Assembly: GCA_025457965.1 (NCBI GenBank)
Contig: JALOTJ010000006.1
Span: forward strand, 5,162 to 69,161
Length of the DNA: 64,000 nt
From: Spirochaetota bacterium
Lineage (GTDB): Bacteria; Spirochaetota; UBA4802; UBA5368
Reading direction: 5' to 3'
Shown here piece after piece: positions 59,740 through 64,000 of this stretch (its first letter is position 1; every line of letters begins with the position of its first letter). The translations under genes were made by a program, and so were the position numbers. The notes beneath the pieces were generated by a model, which saw only the letters and a list, made by a program, of their open reading frames with translations, was not told the origin of the DNA and searched no databases.

Positions 59740-59987
59740 TTCCCTTCCCGAATCCTCAGGTTTTTCACGAGCAGAATGGCGCAGAACACGAGGTCCAGTA
59801 TGAAGACGGCGACCGTAGCGAGCAGTATGACCGCCATCCATCCAATCTCGTGCCGGGCGGCGGGGCTGCTCCTGGTGAGGAACATGGCCAGTATCACCGC
59901 GAACTCCGCCAGGAGCAAACCGGCGAAGAGAATGACCGAGAAGATCGCGCCGCAGCAAAAGATGACCAGGGCGGCGGTCCCGGGCAT
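59736..59987 (-). CDS. Hypothetical small two-TM protein
   Basis: 83-aa hydrophobic ORF with a weak SD. 4-nt convergent overlap with the previous gene. It could be spurious. Confidence 0.3.
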   Translation of the reverse strand: MPGTAALVIFCCGAIFSVILFAGLLLAEFAVILAMFLTRSSPAARHEIGWMAVILLATVAVFILDLVFCAILLVKNLRIREGN

Positions 59988-60161
59988 TCAGTGCATACTC
60001 ATGCGGCGCGGCGCACGTCAAATCCGAAATGGCCGGTAGAGACACAACCGTTAAGGTGAAACCTCATTGACAATGGATCAAATCCATCACCAGAATGCGT
60101 ACGGGCGGATTTTTACAGGCCCCGATACTCCGGAAACGGCAGGCAGGGAGGAGCCGACGGG

Positions 60162-61076
60162 ATGAACGTCACCGCGCGACATATCGTTCCACAGGGAGCG
60201 CACCGGGTCCGGTTCCGGGAGTACGCCTGCGAGGTGTTCGCCGTTTTCCCGTCGCGCAAGGGCATCGTGAAGGCGATCAAGCGGGGCGAATTTACCATCG
60301 ATGGAACGGTCGCCGGGACCGGTTCGTGGGTGCTGCCGGGCCAGGTCATTGAGCACATCGATCCCGAGCGTTCCGGGCCGAAGCCCTTCGTGCTGCGCCT
60401 GCGCGTGGTGTTCGAGGACGAGCATGTCGCCCTGGTCGAGAAACCGGCCGGCATCGTGGTTAACGGCAACCGCTTCAAAACGATCGAAAACGCGCTTCCG
60501 CTTAACCTTGCCACCTCGGCCTGTTACGACGCCCTGCGCCGTCCGCGTCCCGTGCACCGGCTCGACGCACCCACGGGCGGGCTTCTGCTGGTCGCCAAGA
60601 CCTCCCGCGCCATGGTGGCCCTGGGCCGGCAGTTCGAGGAGGGCCTTGTGGAAAAACGTTACCGCGCGGTTGCCATGGGGTTTCTCGAGGGCGAGGGGCT
60701 CATCGACGCGCCGATCGACGGCCGCAGGGCCGTCACCGCGTATCGCGCCGTGCGGCACGCGCCGTCGCTGCGAAGCGGCCGGCTCTCGCTCCTCGACCTC
60801 TGGCCGCGGACCGGGCGAACCCATCAGCTGCGGCGTCACCTGGCGGAGGCGGGGTTTCCGATCCTGGGCGACGCGGCCTATGGCCCGCCGGGGCTGGTAC
60901 TCAGCGGCAAGGGACTTTTTCTCGCGGCGGTCGGGCTGTGCTTCGATCACCCGCTGACCGGAACGCGGCTCGACTTCGCGATGGACGATCCGCCGAAGTT
61001 CGCCGGCCTGCTCGACCGCGAGGAGCGCCGATGGCGGAAGTACAACGCGGACCGTTACGGCCCTTCACTGCCGTAA
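60162..61076 (+). CDS. RluA-family pseudouridine synthase
   Basis: Catalytic motif VHRLDAPTGGLLLVAKT, plus ..GRTHQLRRHLAEAGFPILGD... Confidence 0.85.
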   Translation: MNVTARHIVPQGAHRVRFREYACEVFAVFPSRKGIVKAIKRGEFTIDGTVAGTGSWVLPGQVIEHIDPERSGPKPFVLRLRVVFEDEHVALVEKPAGIVVNGNRFKTIENALPLNLATSACYDALRRPRPVHRLDAPTGGLLLVAKTSRAMVALGRQFEEGLVEKRYRAVAMGFLEGEGLIDAPIDGRRAVTAYRAVRHAPSLRSGRLSLLDLWPRTGRTHQLRRHLAEAGFPILGDAAYGPPGLVLSGKGLFLAAVGLCFDHPLTGTRLDFAMDDPPKFAGLLDREERRWRKYNADRYGPSLP

Positions 61077-61215
61077 GGCGGCGATCGAGTCGAATTTCCC
61101 GATAGAATGCCCGATCGATTACGCGCGGTGCCTCCGGACTCCATCGCGGCACCATTTGAAAGCGGGAAAGGCGCCGTGCGTATATCGCGGGTAATTCATA
61201 ATCGCGTTTTTTAGC

Positions 61216-62007
61216 TTGCGCCGCGGCTCAACCCGCGGTATCGTATTTAATACCATTGCCGGAGGATCTGGAATATTGGCAATTTATTCACTGGTGACGA
61301 CGACCATACTGACTCTCGTGCTGGGCGTTCCCGCCCTGCTGGCGGGCATATTCGAAAGGAGCGGTCGCGCCCTTTATCGTACGGGGTGTGCCTGGGCCTG
61401 GCTCATCCTGAAAGTACATCGCGTACGTCTCCAGGTGGCCGGCGTGGAGAAGCTCGTGCGTACGCGCTCGTACGTATTTATCTCCAATCACCTGAGCCAC
61501 CTGGACGGCCTGGCCATGGTTCTGGCGCTGCCCCATACCCTGCGTTTCGTGGCAAAGAAGTCCCTCGCGCGCGTTCCGGTCTTCGGCTGGGCTTTCAGGC
61601 TGGCCAGGATGATCTTCATCGACAGGGGTGATGGAGCCGGAGCCATCGAGACCATCAATCGCTCGGCACAGGACCTGAAAAACGGTATCAGCGCCTACTT
61701 CTTTGCCGAGGGCAGCCGCAGCGAGTCCGGCGAAATGAGGCCGTTCAAAAAGGGAGGCGTACTCTTTGCCCTGAAGGCGGGGCTTCACATCGTCCCCGTC
61801 ACCGTCATCGGCAGCAACCGTCTGCTCCCCAAAGGCGCCCTGGGCATAAAAAGCGGTATCATCCGCATAATCGTAGGCGATCCTATCGACACTTCGCCGT
61901 ACGGCGAGGAAAACAGGGGCCAGCTGCTGCTGCAGATACAGGAAACCATACGGGGAAACCTGGCCGCGGACGATATGCCTCTGGGCACAGCCCCCGGCCG
62001 CTCCTGA
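61216..62007 (+). CDS. plsC: 1-acyl-sn-glycerol-3-phosphate acyltransferase
   Basis: H(X)4D motif FISNHLSHLDG and the FFAEGSRS and ..IVPVTV.. blocks. TTG start at 61216 as in the ORF track (uncertain). Confidence 0.8.
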   Translation: MRRGSTRGIVFNTIAGGSGILAIYSLVTTTILTLVLGVPALLAGIFERSGRALYRTGCAWAWLILKVHRVRLQVAGVEKLVRTRSYVFISNHLSHLDGLAMVLALPHTLRFVAKKSLARVPVFGWAFRLARMIFIDRGDGAGAIETINRSAQDLKNGISAYFFAEGSRSESGEMRPFKKGGVLFALKAGLHIVPVTVIGSNRLLPKGALGIKSGIIRIIVGDPIDTSPYGEENRGQLLLQIQETIRGNLAADDMPLGTAPGRS

Positions 62008-62049
62008 TTTCGCGCCCGTGCACCGGCTTGACGAACCCCCGCATATCAT

Positions 62050-64000
62050 ATGGAGCTATCCTCCATGGCGCGCGATGACATAAATTCCCTTCCGCTTTAT
62101 CCACGACTCGACGAGGTCGCCGACGCGTTCGCCCGGTCTCGCCTCCTGCTCCTGTCGGCCGAGCCGGGGGCGGGCAAAACCACGCTGGTGCCGTGGCGGC
62201 TGCTCGCGCACCCGGAATTTGCGGTCGGGAAAATACTGCTTCTGGAACCGCGACGCATCGCCGCGCGGGCGGCGGCCGACCGTATCGCCGAGCTCCTCGG
62301 CGAAGTGCCCGGTAGGACCGTCGGGCTTCGCACCCGGTACGAGTCCGTAGTCTCCCCCTCCAGCCGCCTCGAGGTGGTCACCGACGGCGTGCTGGTGCGC
62401 ATCATCCAGTCCGACCAGGCCCTCGGCGGATACGGAACCATCATCTTCGACGAGTTTCACGAACGCGGCCTGATGGCCGAGCTTGCGCTCGCCCTCGCCT
62501 GGGACAGCCGCACGCATCTTCGAGGCGACCTGCGCCTCATGCTCATGTCGGCCACGCTGCCTCCCGGTGATTTCCCGGCGGCGTTGGGTGAATGGCCGCT
62601 TTTTGCCGTGCCGGGGAGGAGCCATCCCGTGCGCGTTGAGTACCGCCCGCCGCGCGGAAGGGAGAAAATGGAAGAGGGCGCCGCGCGGCTTGCGCTCGAG
62701 GCAATGGCCCCCTTTAATGAGGAACCCGGCGACGTGCTGGTATTTCTTCCCGGATTTCGCGAGATTAACCGCACGGCCGAAACCCTCGCCGGCCAGATCG
62801 AAAATCGCGCCGCGGTGGAGGTGTTGCACGGCCGCCTTTCACCGGATGAACAGCGGCGCGTGGTGCGGGGGGCCGGCCGTACCCGACGGCGTATCGTGCT
62901 CGCCACCAACGTGGCCGAGTCGAGCCTTACCATCAGCGGAGTCCGTGCCGTTGTCGATACGGGTTTTGAGCGTCGCGTGCGCTTCTCGCCGCGCACCGGC
63001 ATGGGGCACTGGGAGACGGCGCCCATATCGGCCGCGTCGGCGGTCCAGCGGGCCGGCCGCGCCGGTCGACTGGGGCCGGGGCTGTGCCTGCGCTGGTGGG
63101 ATGAAAAGAGGGCGCTTGCTCCATTCAGCCCGCCGGAGATCCTGGATGCCGACCTCGCGCCGCTCGTTCTCGAGACGGCCGCGTGGGGCGCGGCATCGGC
63201 GCATGGCCTCGCCTGGATGACGCCTCCGCCGGAGGCACATTTAAAGAGGGCCGCCGCGCTGCTTACGGAGCTCCGTCTTATGGACGATGCTCGTACCGTA
63301 ACACCGGAGGGCGTGCAGGCGGCACGGCTCGGGCTTCACCCGCGTCTGGCGCGCATGGTGCTTCGCGCCGAAGCGGCCGGAGTCGCACCGACCGCCGCGC
63401 TTATCGCGGCGATCCTCGAGGAGGGCGAGGGCCTTCGTCCGGGGAGCGCGGATTTCAGCGAGCGCCTGGACGAATGGCTGGCGTTGGATCGGGGCGGCCG
63501 CGGAGCGCAACCGGATTCACGCGCCCGACGCATAAACGATGAGGTTCGGCGCATTCTGCGCCTGTGCGGGCGTGGTGGCGGCGTTAAAAGGGGTGATGTG
63601 GACATCTCGCGCGCCGGGGAACTCCTGCTCTGGGCCTACCCGGACCGCGTTGCACGAAGGAGCGCCTCCGATACTGACCGGTGGGTGATGGCCGGCGGCC
63701 GCGCCGCGCGGACTGTCGCCCGCTTTCCGGCATCGGCCGGGTATCTGGTGGCGGCCGAAATGGACGGCGGCGAAACCGAGGCTCGCATTTTCAGCGCGGC
63801 GCCGGTACAACGCAGCGAGATCGAGTTAGCCCTGGGGCCGCTTCGCACGGAGATGAGCTTTTCCTGGAAGGGCTGGAAACCGAGGGCGTCGGCGCTGGTG
63901 TATGCCGCCGGGCTGCTGCTCGGGGAGCGTCGTTCGGGACCCCCCGCGGAGGACGATCTGCGTGATGCCGTTATACGCCGTCTTTCGGCGGAGGGTATCG
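62050..64000 (+). CDS. hrpB: ATP-dependent RNA helicase HrpB (DEAH-box), 3' end beyond window
   Basis: Not in the ORF track because no stop occurs before the window end. My own translation from ATG 62050 gives ..LLLSAEPGAGKTTLVPWRLL.., IIFDEFHER, MSATL, VFLPG, LATNVAESSLTI, QRAGRAGR. In-frame stops lie upstream at 62005 and 62029. Confidence 0.9.
   Translation, partial: MELSSMARDDINSLPLYPRLDEVADAFARSRLLLLSAEPGAGKTTLVPWRLLAHPEFAVGKILLLEPRRIAARAAADRIAELLGEVPGRTVGLRTRYESVVSPSSRLEVVTDGVLVRIIQSDQALGGYGTIIFDEFHERGLMAELALALAWDSRTHLRGDLRLMLMSATLPPGDFPAALGEWPLFAVPGRSHPVRVEYRPPRGREKMEEGAARLALEAMAPFNEEPGDVLVFLPGFREINRTAETLAGQIENRAAVEVLHGRLSPDEQRRVVRGAGRTRRRIVLATNVAESSLTISGVRAVVDTGFERRVRFSPRTGMGHWETAPISAASAVQRAGRAGRLGPGLCLRWWDEKRALAPFSPPEILDADLAPLVLETAAWGAASAHGLAWMTPPPEAHLKRAAALLTELRLMDDARTVTPEGVQAARLGLHPRLARMVLRAEAAGVAPTAALIAAILEEGEGLRPGSADFSERLDEWLALDRGGRGAQPDSRARRINDEVRRILRLCGRGGGVKRGDVDISRAGELLLWAYPDRVARRSASDTDRWVMAGGRAARTVARFPASAGYLVAAEMDGGETEARIFSAAPVQRSEIELALGPLRTEMSFSWKGWKPRASALVYAAGLLLGERRSGPPAEDDLRDAVIRRLSAEGI

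Overview
64-kb, visibly GC-rich chromosomal segment of an anaerobic bacterium; the taxon cannot be assigned from the sequence alone. It holds about 57 tightly packed protein-coding genes, and several convergent pairs overlap at their 3' ends. Left to right: (i) 1-8.3 kb is a formate-hydrogenlyase-like cluster. It contains the tail of a molybdopterin (formate-dehydrogenase-type) subunit, AsrA/AsrB-like FeS and flavin subunits, a HycI-type protease, a frame-disrupted antiporter-like subunit, and HycE/D/F/G-type group 4 [NiFe] hydrogenase genes. Two of its intercistronic junctions carry copies of an unusual AT-rich repeat element. (ii) 8.5-17.6 kb: CheY-like regulator, TPR protein, ADP-forming acyl-CoA synthetase alpha-like protein, HExxH lipoprotein, FtsX/ABC pair, GT39-like glycosyltransferase, acyl-CoA dehydrogenase. 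(iii) 17.8-22.8 kb: a gene-remnant chimera and a set of exported proteins (esterase, unknown lipoprotein, two CapA-like paralogues). (iv) 23-30.4 kb: TetR-SCP2-M24 peptidase unit, GAF-GGDEF, TPR protein, stand-alone EF-G paralogue, GNAT. (v) 30.4-41 kb: DtxR/FeoA-feoB, a CoA-transferase-GNAT fusion, and small-ORF-rnfCDGEA-thyX with no rnfB. (vi) 41-51.5 kb: B12/radical-SAM enzyme, REC-GGDEF, a 1590-aa hybrid histidine kinase, SagB-type nitroreductase, two tandem cNMP-binding GGDEF paralogues. (vii) 51.6-52.3 kb: AT-rich islet with a bacterial PH-domain gene. (viii) 52.3-64 kb: second TetR paralogue unit, MBL hydrolase divergent from a penicillin/AHL-type acylase, DUF805 and small membrane proteins, RluA-type pseudouridine synthase, PlsC, and hrpB (open at the window end, so absent from the ORF track). 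I saw no rRNA, tRNA, CRISPR array, transposase, integrase, prophage or recognisable defence or toxin-antitoxin genes. I did not find a convincing self-contained novel multi-gene system. The most unusual observations are the paired repeat elements inside the hydrogenase operon, the broken antiporter-like gene, the FDH + AsrAB-like + Hyc wiring, and the rnfB-less rnf operon headed by a small Cys-rich ORF. Coordinates include stop codons. Start codons are my best choice and are the least certain part. GC statements are by eye, not computed.
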